From a virus, in IMG/VR virus record IMGVR_UViG_3300019487_000018, positions 69,459-133,458 of that record: 64,000 bases of DNA; one strand, written 5' to 3'. Below are positions 55,138 through 64,000 of this stretch, one piece after another (the first letter of the stretch is position 1; each line of letters opens with the position of its first letter). The translations under genes were made by a program, and so were the position numbers. Below the pieces are notes generated by a model. The model saw only the letters and a list, made by a program, of their open reading frames with translations. It was not told the DNA's origin and made no database searches.

Positions 55138-56066
55138 ACAAGGAACTATTGAACTATCTTCGTCATCTTTCCGAAGAAGACATCAAATCACTTTCACAGC
55201 GAGCTCTGAAAACGTGTGAAGAAGTTGGTGAGCTCGCTCGTGTTGTTTTGCCTTATGACGGAGTATATGCAACAAATCATCGTTTTGCGACCCGCGAGGA
55301 TATTCTCGAAGAAGCTGTCGATACGGTGTTCTGTGCTTTATCAGTTGCTCATGCGCTTCAGTTTACCGACGAAGAAATTGAAGATATGATGTGGCTGAAA
55401 GCGGAAAAGTGGGCTCGACTGCAACACAACGAAAAGAACCTGAAATACCCAGTACCATTTGAGATTCATATTACTGTTGAACTGGATCCAATGATAGAAG
55501 ATTCCGAGCGATTCAAAACAACATGCGCCGAGGCGAACGTAAAACCACTTGATCTCGTAACACAAACAAGAACGATCAAAGATGTGATGACATCATCAAA
55601 ACATTTCGGAGACAATCGGTCGGCCTATGAAGAGATGAAACGAATTACTGGCCGTTTGATGGCAGCAGGATTCATGGTAGTTCGAGAAAAGATTGAAACT
55701 GTTTCTTGGCATCCAGCCGCTCCACAACACATCGGTGATGGTTCAAAAATGCCAGAGAATTGCTATTTTGAAAGTCATATTCCTGTTCGACTCCATCCAA
55801 ATGATATGGATATTCTTACTCGTCGTTGTAAGGAAATGGATCTACATCTTTCCCAAAATGCCTTTAAGACACACGAAGACGGTGACGTGACATACATGGC
55901 AACATATCGAGTATATGAAGGCACCAATGAACAGTTCCGTGCATATGTAGATCAGGCCGTTCAATATCTTGACGCCCAGGAATACATCGTTGGAAAACCA
56001 ATGAACGAATTTAGCGTATATGATACGAAAGTGAGCCACGACGCAAAATGGCTGACCGGAAACTAA
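55134..56066 (+). CDS. MazG-like NTP pyrophosphohydrolase fused to an unknown C-terminal domain
   Basis: KTCEEVGELA..ILEEAVDT (MazG EExxE..EExxD); second domain FEIHITV..REKIET..YFESHIPV. Confidence 0.75.
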   Translation: MNKELLNYLRHLSEEDIKSLSQRALKTCEEVGELARVVLPYDGVYATNHRFATREDILEEAVDTVFCALSVAHALQFTDEEIEDMMWLKAEKWARLQHNEKNLKYPVPFEIHITVELDPMIEDSERFKTTCAEANVKPLDLVTQTRTIKDVMTSSKHFGDNRSAYEEMKRITGRLMAAGFMVVREKIETVSWHPAAPQHIGDGSKMPENCYFESHIPVRLHPNDMDILTRRCKEMDLHLSQNAFKTHEDGDVTYMATYRVYEGTNEQFRAYVDQAVQYLDAQEYIVGKPMNEFSVYDTKVSHDAKWLTGN

Positions 56067-56509
56067 ACCTATTCGAACTGCTAGGAGCTATTAGTGAGAA
56101 AAACACTGGCTACTATCAAAATCTGACAGATGAAGAACTGAAAGAGCTTCAACCGTTTGTCATCATGCGATGGCTAACGGGAACGTCAAGCAAACGACAA
56201 GTGTACCTTTTGAATGCTGTTGTAAATCCATTCGTGTTCGATCTTGGACAGCATAAACAGTTGTTGTTCTATCTTCTGACGTTGTGTACTCAGCACGCGC
56301 AACGATACAACTGGATCAAACCACCCAGCTCAAAACGGCTGGGCAAATTAGCGGTGACGGTCCTGTGTGATTACTTCAAGTACACAAAACGACAAGCAAT
56401 TGATGCTGCAAAACTTTTGCAATCAGAAGACATTCTGGACTATGCCGAACAATTAGGTTGGCAAAAAGAAGAGATCGCTAAGCTGAAAAAAGAGCTAAAA
56501 GGCGACTGA
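56048..56509 (+). CDS. Clamp loader small subunit (T4 gp62-like), putative
   Basis: QPFVIMRWLTG..VNPFVF..HKQLLFYLL..YNWIK; close to the gp44-like gene. Confidence 0.55.
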   Translation: MADRKLNLFELLGAISEKNTGYYQNLTDEELKELQPFVIMRWLTGTSSKRQVYLLNAVVNPFVFDLGQHKQLLFYLLTLCTQHAQRYNWIKPPSSKRLGKLAVTVLCDYFKYTKRQAIDAAKLLQSEDILDYAEQLGWQKEEIAKLKKELKGD

Positions 56510-57222
56510 TGTTGGGACTGACAATGACGAAATCGCCAACAAAATACAAGGCGGCATACACATGCAAGTATTGTTCCCACACGTTTATTCACGAGAACAG
56601 ATACTTGCAGCACAAGTGCAAGCAAATGAAACGGCTGGAAGAATTCCAGACACCAGAAGGGCAAGCTGCGTGGCTACATTATCAACAATGGCTCCGTGCT
56701 CAGAAACGAATGCCACCTCCAGCGAAATCATTTCTTACGTCGAAGTATTACAGAACGTTTGTTAACTTTGCCAAGCATGTTAAAGCAGTCGGGCTACCAA
56801 AGGCGGAAAAGTTCATCTGGTTAATGCAGGAAAAGGGCTTGCAACCGTCGATTTGGACGTCGGATGAAGTGTACTCGCTATACCTAGAACACCTTGATCG
56901 AAACACACTGCCTGTCGAGCAGGCAAAGATGTCGATTGATACGCTGCTTAATCTAGCAGATCAGAAAGGAACGGACGTTTCGACTGTGTTTGAGGTTTTG
57001 ACACCTATTGACGTGATCTATCTACTTCGAACTCGCCAACTATCACCATGGTTCTTACTGCGGAGCCGCAAGTTCAAGCAACTGTTCAAAGACAAGGCAT
57101 CCCCCGAGCAGCAAGTGATCCTTGAAACGATCATTCGGCCAGATTACTGGTTTGAGAAATTCGAAAAACACCCCAAAGAACTCGCTGAAATCAACAAGTA
57201 CGTTGCCGCTCTGGACTTATAG
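56509..57222 (+). CDS. Zn-finger-containing hypothetical protein
   Basis: YTCKYCSHTF..HKC N-terminal motif. Confidence 0.7.
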   Translation: MLGLTMTKSPTKYKAAYTCKYCSHTFIHENRYLQHKCKQMKRLEEFQTPEGQAAWLHYQQWLRAQKRMPPPAKSFLTSKYYRTFVNFAKHVKAVGLPKAEKFIWLMQEKGLQPSIWTSDEVYSLYLEHLDRNTLPVEQAKMSIDTLLNLADQKGTDVSTVFEVLTPIDVIYLLRTRQLSPWFLLRSRKFKQLFKDKASPEQQVILETIIRPDYWFEKFEKHPKELAEINKYVAALDL

Positions 57223-57269
57223 CTCTTCCATAAATAGAAGTTACAATCTCTATTTCAGGGGAAGCTCTC

Positions 57270-58508
57270 ATGACAACGTACGTAATCGATTTTTCGGACC
57301 CTCTTAAAGATGGGTTTTCGATCGCACCAGGTGGATTCAACGGACCTGGCGGTTCTGCCTCAAATACATCTCTCCGTCTTTACGGTCGAGGCGCACTAGA
57401 ATGGGGCGAATCTGTTAATGAAGACCTCGTCCGTCTTACAGAAAACTTCAACAGCGCTACACCACCTATTACACCAGTTGACGGTATGTTGTGGTTGCGA
57501 ACAAAGTACTATTGGCTCCGCACGGCAGTTGATTGGTATGTTCGTGATCCTGATTCACCTGCTGCTTGGGTATTCCTGTCAACAATTGCAACCGGTGGTG
57601 TTGTCAACGGTGGTGCTGTAGGTACAAACGTAGCTCCAGCTCACGCGATCGGTGTGTATTGGTACACAGGTGGTGCTCCAACTGATCCTCTGACATCGAA
57701 CCTTGACGCGTTTGGTGACCCACTCACACCCACAACATTGTATCGTTGGGACTCAGCATACAAGCAAATTCCAGCCGGTTGGATGCCACAAGCATTTACA
57801 CAAAATGCAGCTGCTCCAACTGCTGCAAACTTCCCGGAGAAGAGCTTGTTGGTTTGGGACGCGTTCCAGGGTGTTAGTGGAACGTTCGTTGCTCCACCAA
57901 TTTCGATTGTTGCACCAACTCAACCAGCACAGGCAACGGAAGGTACATTGTGGTGGGATAGTGTCAACAACATTCTGTATGTGTGGAACGATTTCACGAC
58001 AACATGGCAGCCATTGGTTACAGGAGGCGGTGGCGGATCTGGTGATACGACTTATCTACGTCTTGATGGCACAAACACACCAACAGCTAACCTAAACATT
58101 GGTGGCTTCCGTCTGACAAACATTACAACAAACGTAGGTGTAGCAACTGACGCTTTGAGTGTCGGTGCCGCCGATACTCGTTACGTAAACATAACCGGTG
58201 ATACAATGACTGGCGTGCTGGCGATGGGTGCATTCAACATCACCGGCCTACCTGTCATGTCTTACCCTGACTTGGTCAACACCGAGTTTGCAGCAACAAA
58301 GAACTACGTTAATACTGCAGTCACGTCGATTACAAGCGGTGGCGGTTCGGTTACTGTTCCGTCGGTGTTTGTATCGCCAGCAGTTCCGACCTATAAGGCT
58401 GGTGACATCTATGTCTTGGGCGCTGTGATCTACATTGCTATCGGCGTAGGTGTAGGTGCTCCTCCGGGTGGTAACTGGCGACAAGTGTTCCCAGCACAGT
58501 ACTCATAA
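57270..58508 (+). CDS. Virion (baseplate/fibre-type) protein
   Basis: TAAATA at 57231; SLRLYGRG..WGESVNEDLVRLTENF..P..GMLW, GTLWWD, YVNITGDTMTG motifs shared with the fibre genes. Confidence 0.75.
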   Translation: MTTYVIDFSDPLKDGFSIAPGGFNGPGGSASNTSLRLYGRGALEWGESVNEDLVRLTENFNSATPPITPVDGMLWLRTKYYWLRTAVDWYVRDPDSPAAWVFLSTIATGGVVNGGAVGTNVAPAHAIGVYWYTGGAPTDPLTSNLDAFGDPLTPTTLYRWDSAYKQIPAGWMPQAFTQNAAAPTAANFPEKSLLVWDAFQGVSGTFVAPPISIVAPTQPAQATEGTLWWDSVNNILYVWNDFTTTWQPLVTGGGGGSGDTTYLRLDGTNTPTANLNIGGFRLTNITTNVGVATDALSVGAADTRYVNITGDTMTGVLAMGAFNITGLPVMSYPDLVNTEFAATKNYVNTAVTSITSGGGSVTVPSVFVSPAVPTYKAGDIYVLGAVIYIAIGVGVGAPPGGNWRQVFPAQYS

Positions 58509-58510
58509 AG

Positions 58511-58539
58511 TTGAGATTGTGACCGAGTTGTAGTATGAT
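58511..58539 (+). promoter_or_regulatory. Sigma70-like promoter heading the radical SAM operon
   Basis: TTGAGA-N17-TATGAT, 20 nt upstream of ATG 58560. Confidence 0.55.
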
Positions 58540-58559
58540 CGACAGACAAGGAAAAGGTA

Positions 58560-59735
58560 ATGACAGGAGCTGCAGTCTCATTCTACAAGCGATCTGACGC
58601 GGGTACATTGCGTAAGCATACACCGTCAGCATTCAAAACAGCTCCCCTTGCAATTGCTCCTCAGCTAATGCTGACAGAGCTAATGGTGTATTTGAAGACG
58701 ACTGAAACCTGTCAACTCAACTGCGCACACTGCTTCACCAACGGAATCAACGGACGAAAAATCTACTTCGATCCAGCTCGAACAATCGATTGGTTCCATC
58801 GTCTCCATGCAGTAAATCCAACCCTGGCGGGAGGAAGTGTCGCTTTTCATGGTGGGGAGCCAATGCTTGCTCCAATCGCCGATATGCGTCGTACATGGGA
58901 AGCGTGCAAGGATTTGTGGCCAACAGTTTGGTGGACAACAACGACAAACCTTGTATACAAACTCGACGATGAAAAGCGCCTATTCTTCAAGGAATGCTTT
59001 ACAGACGGCATCTCAACTTCTTGGGACAAGAATATCCGATTTGATAACGAAAAACAGGAAGCTCTGTGGGCTAAAAACGTCCAAACACTTCTCGATGATG
59101 GGCATAAGATCACGCTTATGGTAAGCTTAAATCGTGCGATCACTGATATGAACCCGGAAGATTTCCTGCGTTGGGTTGGTGATATCGGCGTTCACTATTT
59201 GCATCTTGAACGAATCACCCCAAATGGTAACGCAACTCGCAACCCACACATCCTTCCTTCAAATAAAGAACTCGATGCTTGGATGCTGCGATTATGGGAT
59301 GCAAGTTTGAAGCTTGGCACACATAAGTACTTTGCTAATCTGTTTTTGAACGGAATTTTGTCGAGCTTTGTGTCATTAACACATTCGGGTTGTCGTTGTC
59401 GAAGTTGCGAGAAGAAGATTTTCACCCTGAACGCAGATGGAACAATTGGCGGATGTCCAAACAGTGCAGTAGACAACACGTTCGGAACAATGGAAGATGA
59501 TATTTTCTCGTTGCTTAGCAGCGAGGGGCGAATCGAAAACATTGCTTGTGAAACACAACGCAATCCGCTGTGCTACACGTGCGATGTTTATGACGTTTGC
59601 AACGGTGATTGTCACCAACTTGCATGGGAAGGCGACGTTTGTGCAAGTCCGAAATCGTTGATGCGTCGATTCAAAGCAGAGAACAATAGAGAACAGTATG
59701 AGATGTTCCTTAACGGGTTCATCGGCAAGGAGTAA
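58560..59735 (+). CDS. Radical SAM protein with SPASM domain
   Basis: CQLNCAHC (CxxxCxxC), FHGGEP, TTTNL; SPASM-type CRCRSC..GGCPN..CYTCDVYDVCNGDCHQLAWEGDVC. Confidence 0.93.
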   Translation: MTGAAVSFYKRSDAGTLRKHTPSAFKTAPLAIAPQLMLTELMVYLKTTETCQLNCAHCFTNGINGRKIYFDPARTIDWFHRLHAVNPTLAGGSVAFHGGEPMLAPIADMRRTWEACKDLWPTVWWTTTTNLVYKLDDEKRLFFKECFTDGISTSWDKNIRFDNEKQEALWAKNVQTLLDDGHKITLMVSLNRAITDMNPEDFLRWVGDIGVHYLHLERITPNGNATRNPHILPSNKELDAWMLRLWDASLKLGTHKYFANLFLNGILSSFVSLTHSGCRCRSCEKKIFTLNADGTIGGCPNSAVDNTFGTMEDDIFSLLSSEGRIENIACETQRNPLCYTCDVYDVCNGDCHQLAWEGDVCASPKSLMRRFKAENNREQYEMFLNGFIGKE

Positions 59736-59737
59736 CT

Positions 59738-60391
59738 ATGGCTATCGCTGGCACAGACATCACGAAAGACAATATCACTGGATCAGGTGGCGTTGACTTG
59801 AACTCGTTCAAGCAACAAATCACCGACGTTGTCAACGCACTCACAAAAACAACAAGCGTGTCCGCAAACGGGACTGCACTAGGTCAAAAGCCATTTGGTA
59901 GTGGTGCACCAATTAGTGGATCGTTGTCAAGCACCAACTATGGTGGAACACCTCCTCTGTCTGCGCCACTTGTCGCTCCTGGCACGGTGACGAATTCACC
60001 ACAAGCAAGTGACATTGCAGGTGCGAACATTGCAGCAGCCACTCTGATCACATTGTTCCAAAACACAGCTGTATTACTGTCCCGTGTTCGTCGCTATTCA
60101 ATGGTAAAAACATACCTTAGTCCAGCGCCTGTTATCCAACTATCACTTACAGAACCAGGCCGCTATGGTTATCTGACAACAACGTACCAAGCAAATCCAG
60201 CAACAACAACACCAGCAATCACGACATCTTTGGCAGCTCTTACTGGCGATATTAGTGCAGCAACGTTAAACACAGTAATTGACAACGTTGACACCGCAAT
60301 TACGAACCACAGAAACACAACCGTCGCGTTCACGGAAACGTGGTGTCACTCAAGCTGTCACAGCAGTCATAGTTCAAGGAACCGTCGCTAA
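59738..60391 (+). CDS. Putative radical SAM substrate/precursor with C-terminal WCHSSCHSSHSSRNRR
   Basis: 217 aa, Thr/Ala/Ser-rich body; both Cys and three His-Ser-Ser units lie in the last 15 residues; GGAG RBS right after the rSAM stop. Confidence 0.7.
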   Translation: MAIAGTDITKDNITGSGGVDLNSFKQQITDVVNALTKTTSVSANGTALGQKPFGSGAPISGSLSSTNYGGTPPLSAPLVAPGTVTNSPQASDIAGANIAAATLITLFQNTAVLLSRVRRYSMVKTYLSPAPVIQLSLTEPGRYGYLTTTYQANPATTTPAITTSLAALTGDISAATLNTVIDNVDTAITNHRNTTVAFTETWCHSSCHSSHSSRNRR

Positions 60392-61155
60392 TGACCACAG
60401 TTACAACAGAACTTCCGCTTTCAATGGACGCCTTGCGTCAGGTAATTACACAACCAGATGCAGGAGTGGTTGTTGACTACAACAACAGTAACCTCAAAGG
60501 CCGTGCAGCGCTCATTTACATGACGAATACAAACTTACCAAATGTTGCTCTGAACATGACAGATGTGTCTCTCGAAGAGAAGTTTGTACTCGTTGACGAC
60601 TACATCACTCACAAGTCAATCCTGCATGTAGCACAACTAGTCAACACCGTTTTGAATGTGTTATTCGCCGTTCGGAAAGTTGACATTGGTGCTGAACAAG
60701 ACATATTGGATCAAGTGTCGCTATTTCCACAAGAACATGTCGGCGAATATCTTGCAAATCCAACACGAGCTGAACACATCAACAAGCTGATTGAACTTCT
60801 CGACAGTCTACCTCTGTACGCTGTAACGTGTTCAACATCATTCCGCGAAGTATACGGTAAAGGAAAAGAAGCGTTTGAGCCGGTTAACGACATTGATCAT
60901 ACTGGTTTCACATTCGTCCACCTGTTGACTCATCCGTTGTTCCTCGAATATTTCACACAACCAGCTACGACGACACTGAAGTATTACGTTCAGCAGTTCG
61001 ACGAGTACATGTATAACGGAAAATCGTTGTTTCCATTTTTGGTAAACTCGCCTGTATTCGGTATTCTTGAGTGTTACATCACAGGGGCGGTGGACCTTGA
61101 TCAGCTGCTTACAGCACACTCAGAAATGAATGCTTTGGAAGGAGCTGCAGCCTAA
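60391..61155 (+). CDS. Hypothetical protein in the radical SAM operon
   Basis: 254 aa, TAATG-coupled. Confidence 0.75.
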   Translation: MTTVTTELPLSMDALRQVITQPDAGVVVDYNNSNLKGRAALIYMTNTNLPNVALNMTDVSLEEKFVLVDDYITHKSILHVAQLVNTVLNVLFAVRKVDIGAEQDILDQVSLFPQEHVGEYLANPTRAEHINKLIELLDSLPLYAVTCSTSFREVYGKGKEAFEPVNDIDHTGFTFVHLLTHPLFLEYFTQPATTTLKYYVQQFDEYMYNGKSLFPFLVNSPVFGILECYITGAVDLDQLLTAHSEMNALEGAAA

Positions 61156-62258
61156 TGCTACACCTGTTCAACAAGATATACGTCAAGGGAGATCATCTTG
61201 TGAAAGGTTCGCGAGATGCAATTATCATCTCGCCGACCTATGGAAATGTTCCATTTTACACGACGAAATTCTCAACTCGGGCAAACAACGAAAAAACAGG
61301 CCAACTGTGCTATTCAGCAACGTCGCTCAAAGAACTGCTCGACACTCACTTTGGTGGATCTGATGCAAAATTCTTCAATTACCTCATGAAATGGCCTGCC
61401 GAGAAACGATTAACGATCTACGCCGATCTTCCGACAATGGTTGATATTGCAACGAGATTCTTCAAAACAGTATTCCCAAAGATGACGGAAGACACATATG
61501 TTGTGGTGATGAAGTTACTGCTCTCCCGTATCAACTACTACCTAGGCGGAGCTGTTTTGCCATTCGTAACATTAACAGAGGACCAGGCAAATTCATACCG
61601 CGTCGAAACACTTCAAATTCTTGAAGATGTTGGTGGATTGCGCCATCGATTTCAAGAAACTGCACGCTGGCGCCTGACAAAAGTGGCACGTGACAGTATC
61701 ATCCGCAACTGCAGCGTTGAATACCAATTGGCGACCTATCTAACAAATCCAAAATGGGCACATGCTCGTGCGTTTGAGAAAAAGGCTGTGTCAATGGCTA
61801 AGAAGCAAATCATTCACGAATATGCTCTAGAAATTAAAGGAGCTATTGTTCGGAACTTCATGAATCTTATCGTTCTTGAACCGACAGCAACGTTCAATTC
61901 TCTGAAAGATTCACTCGAGACGTTTGTTCAACAGTTCCCTCAGTATGCATTTGTTCTCGATGATGGATTTGTGCCAGACAATGCCGAGCATATCTGGCTT
62001 AAATACAACATGGAGGATTTGAAAACAGTGTTTGATCGCGTGACACACAAGTTCGTGTTCATTGCACAGGACTACACACCTCTGTTGAAGAAATTGACGT
62101 TCGAAGATGTGTTGAAGTATGAGCTGGACCGGCCATATCGCTGCTTTTTGTTCAATGGTGACAACTATCAGGAAACTGTCAACTCTTACTTGATTGACTA
62201 TATCCTGAATGCTTATCGGATGAACCAACACGAACAAATTCGCCAGCTGGCACTGTAA
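61155..62258 (+). CDS. Hypothetical protein, paralogue A (MLHLFNKIYVK)
   Basis: 367 aa; shares DAIIISP, EYQLATYL..P.W, VNSYL.DY with the next ORF. Confidence 0.8.
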   Translation: MLHLFNKIYVKGDHLVKGSRDAIIISPTYGNVPFYTTKFSTRANNEKTGQLCYSATSLKELLDTHFGGSDAKFFNYLMKWPAEKRLTIYADLPTMVDIATRFFKTVFPKMTEDTYVVVMKLLLSRINYYLGGAVLPFVTLTEDQANSYRVETLQILEDVGGLRHRFQETARWRLTKVARDSIIRNCSVEYQLATYLTNPKWAHARAFEKKAVSMAKKQIIHEYALEIKGAIVRNFMNLIVLEPTATFNSLKDSLETFVQQFPQYAFVLDDGFVPDNAEHIWLKYNMEDLKTVFDRVTHKFVFIAQDYTPLLKKLTFEDVLKYELDRPYRCFLFNGDNYQETVNSYLIDYILNAYRMNQHEQIRQLAL

Positions 62259-62267
62259 GGGAAAACA

Positions 62268-63338
62268 ATGTTACACCTACTAAACAAAGTCTACATTAAA
62301 CCAGACGCTGATTTCCAGCGAGGTCACGATGCAATTATCATCTCTCCGAAAACGAAGCTGTTTGACAGCGAACTTTTTGGTGTGGATGACATCGACTTTG
62401 GTAAGATCCACTTCACCGCAGAAACATTCGATGCTCTTGTCGAGGTATTTGGAAGTGAAGACGCTTTTGTACAGTGGTTGGTTTATTTCGATCCGTCGAC
62501 TCGTCTGGTTGTACATTGTGATCCAGCTACATTCGAGCACATTCTGGTTCGATGGCTTAAGACGATCCTTCCAAACATGGACGGTTCGAGTTTTCACAGT
62601 CTGATTCGCATAATTTACGCTCGATACGGTTACCAGTTTGGTTATCCGTACGTTCCATTTGTTCGCCTAACACCAGACGCTGCTGCTGTGTACAAGAGCT
62701 TCTTAGCTCGTATTCCTTCAAAGGAACAAGCGGTGCAGATGTGGAATCAGGCACAGCCATACACTGTGAATGTCGATTCTGCTGCTGTAAGTTTGGAATA
62801 CCAACTCGCCACATACTTGGATGATCCGACTTGGGAACATACCGACCAGCTGAAAGCAAAAGTCATCACCATGGTCAAGAAGTTTCAAGTTGGTTCACTA
62901 CTCGATGTAAAAGAAGTCATGCTTGGGCACTTGTATATGTTACCAGACTTTGATCAGTTGAAAGATACACTGGTACACTATGTTACAGAACACCTCGAAT
63001 ACACATTTTTGCTGGACATGAAACTGACCTCAGACGACTACACACGATTGTACGATCAATACAATACAGCTGTACTGCGTCAGATCTACATTGATTACTT
63101 CAAAATGCATGCGGATATTTTTGACGAGACACAAGTTGAGAAAGATCACTTCCTCGATCCTGCAATCACATTTGAACAAATCATCGACAATGAGCTAGCT
63201 TCAATCGCTACGCGACAACTGCTTGGCTCGTGGGAATATGGCCTGACAGTCAACACTTACCTGCTAGACCACCTCTTTGCGCTCGAGAGAGCGAATGACC
63301 AGGCTGAGTTGAAGAAGTTCTCGCTCCTAAGGAGTTAG
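62268..63338 (+). CDS. Hypothetical protein, paralogue B (MLHLLNKVYIK)
   Basis: 356 aa; DAIIISP, EYQLATYLDDPTW, VNTYLLDH. Confidence 0.8.
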   Translation: MLHLLNKVYIKPDADFQRGHDAIIISPKTKLFDSELFGVDDIDFGKIHFTAETFDALVEVFGSEDAFVQWLVYFDPSTRLVVHCDPATFEHILVRWLKTILPNMDGSSFHSLIRIIYARYGYQFGYPYVPFVRLTPDAAAVYKSFLARIPSKEQAVQMWNQAQPYTVNVDSAAVSLEYQLATYLDDPTWEHTDQLKAKVITMVKKFQVGSLLDVKEVMLGHLYMLPDFDQLKDTLVHYVTEHLEYTFLLDMKLTSDDYTRLYDQYNTAVLRQIYIDYFKMHADIFDETQVEKDHFLDPAITFEQIIDNELASIATRQLLGSWEYGLTVNTYLLDHLFALERANDQAELKKFSLLRS

Positions 63339-63340
63339 CG

Positions 63341-64000
63341 ATGAGCATGGATTTCGTAATCGACTTCAACCTTGAGCTGTTACATGGTTGCAAGTGGAAC
63401 TGCACTGGCTGCAATATTGGTAAGGAAGAACAAGACGGCTTTCTTGACGGCGATTTCGATCGTTTGATGCATTTGTTTGAGGATCTCGAGCGAAACTTTC
63501 ACATCCTATCAAACGTTGCAATCACACCAACCGACTTCATTGTTTCGAACAACGCAGAGCAAATTTTCGTTCCAGAACTCAAGCTCATGCTTGACAAGTT
63601 CAAGGCGGTAACATTGAACACAACATTCCTGCACGATGATGACGTGCTGGAATACTGGGCAGCCAAACTACGACCGCTCCTCAAGGGCAATACTCTGAAG
63701 TTTAGTGTTCCTGTCGAACCAGATCACTATATGAACAAGAAGTACATGGCAAAGATCCTTCACAATCGTGACTACATGGTCAGTTTGCTTCCAGAAACGA
63801 AATACACAAAGACGTACTTGATCGGCAATTTGTACGAGTACAAGAAGTTCGTCGACTTCGAATTCTACAGCGAAGACTTTCACGATAAGTGGGATGGACA
63901 CCTCGATTTGGTGATTACAGAGGGGCGTCTTAATTTGACGAATCCGTTCAACCGTCAGCGGTTGCGTCATATGATCGAATATCAGAACGATCTTTACAAT
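63341..64000 (+). CDS. Second radical-SAM-like protein, 3'-truncated by the window (not in ORF track)
   Basis: Manual translation MSMDFVIDFNLELLHGCKWNCTGCNIGKEEQDG...; CxxxCxxC near the N-terminus; 220 open codons; AAGGAG RBS. Confidence 0.8.
   Translation, partial: MSMDFVIDFNLELLHGCKWNCTGCNIGKEEQDGFLDGDFDRLMHLFEDLERNFHILSNVAITPTDFIVSNNAEQIFVPELKLMLDKFKAVTLNTTFLHDDDVLEYWAAKLRPLLKGNTLKFSVPVEPDHYMNKKYMAKILHNRDYMVSLLPETKYTKTYLIGNLYEYKKFVDFEFYSEDFHDKWDGHLDLVITEGRLNLTNPFNRQRLRHMIEYQNDLYN

Noticed and set aside
1-64000. The many 60-250-aa ORFs in the track that are antisense to or nested in long genes (e.g. 23931..24692 -, 38105..38851 -, 52856..53509 -, 18163..18819 +)
   Set aside because: They are shadows of long genes with biased codon usage, have no RBS and show no protein-like motifs.
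1-64000. Alternative genetic code (stop-codon reassignment)
   Set aside because: Long conserved genes are intact under code 11 and end in TAA, TGA or TAG; interruptions are explained by insertions or one frameshift.
1-64000. tRNA or other structured RNA genes
   Set aside because: Intergenic gaps are short and I found no cloverleaf or T-loop pattern by eye; tRNAscan-SE/Infernal would be needed to exclude them fully.

Overview
This window is 64 kb of a large lytic tailed phage (myovirus) with T4-like gene homologues, probably a jumbo phage. It uses the standard bacterial code and I saw no tRNA, rRNA, CRISPR array or integrase. Layout: (1) 1-13.3 kb head-tail module: neck, tail terminator, sheath, tube, tube initiator, gp4-like nuclease, terminase. 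(2) 13.3-19 kb mosaic region with a block apparently acquired from a related phage and several homing endonucleases. (3) 19-42 kb late cluster of fibre, baseplate and decoration proteins built from shared modules, containing an inverted cassette with a 2OG-Fe(II) hydroxylase. (4) 42.6-57.2 kb replication/recombination module: SSB, UvsX, a split and intein-bearing nucleotidyltransferase, UvsY, frameshifted UvsW, a DnaE fragment, a tandem-GroES co-chaperonin, clamp loader and MazG. (5) 58.5-64 kb the best candidate for an undescribed system: an operon with a radical SAM/SPASM enzyme, a 217-aa protein ending in WCHSSCHSSHSSRNRR (Cys/His-Xaa-Ser repeats), three unknown proteins (two are paralogues) and a second CxxxCxxC radical-SAM-like ORF that runs off the window and is missing from the ORF track. 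It resembles a phage-encoded RiPP-type or protein-crosslinking pathway. Also notable are three homing-endonuclease remnants with the nuclease core deleted but expression signals kept. All annotations come from motif recognition and manual translation; no database searches were run.
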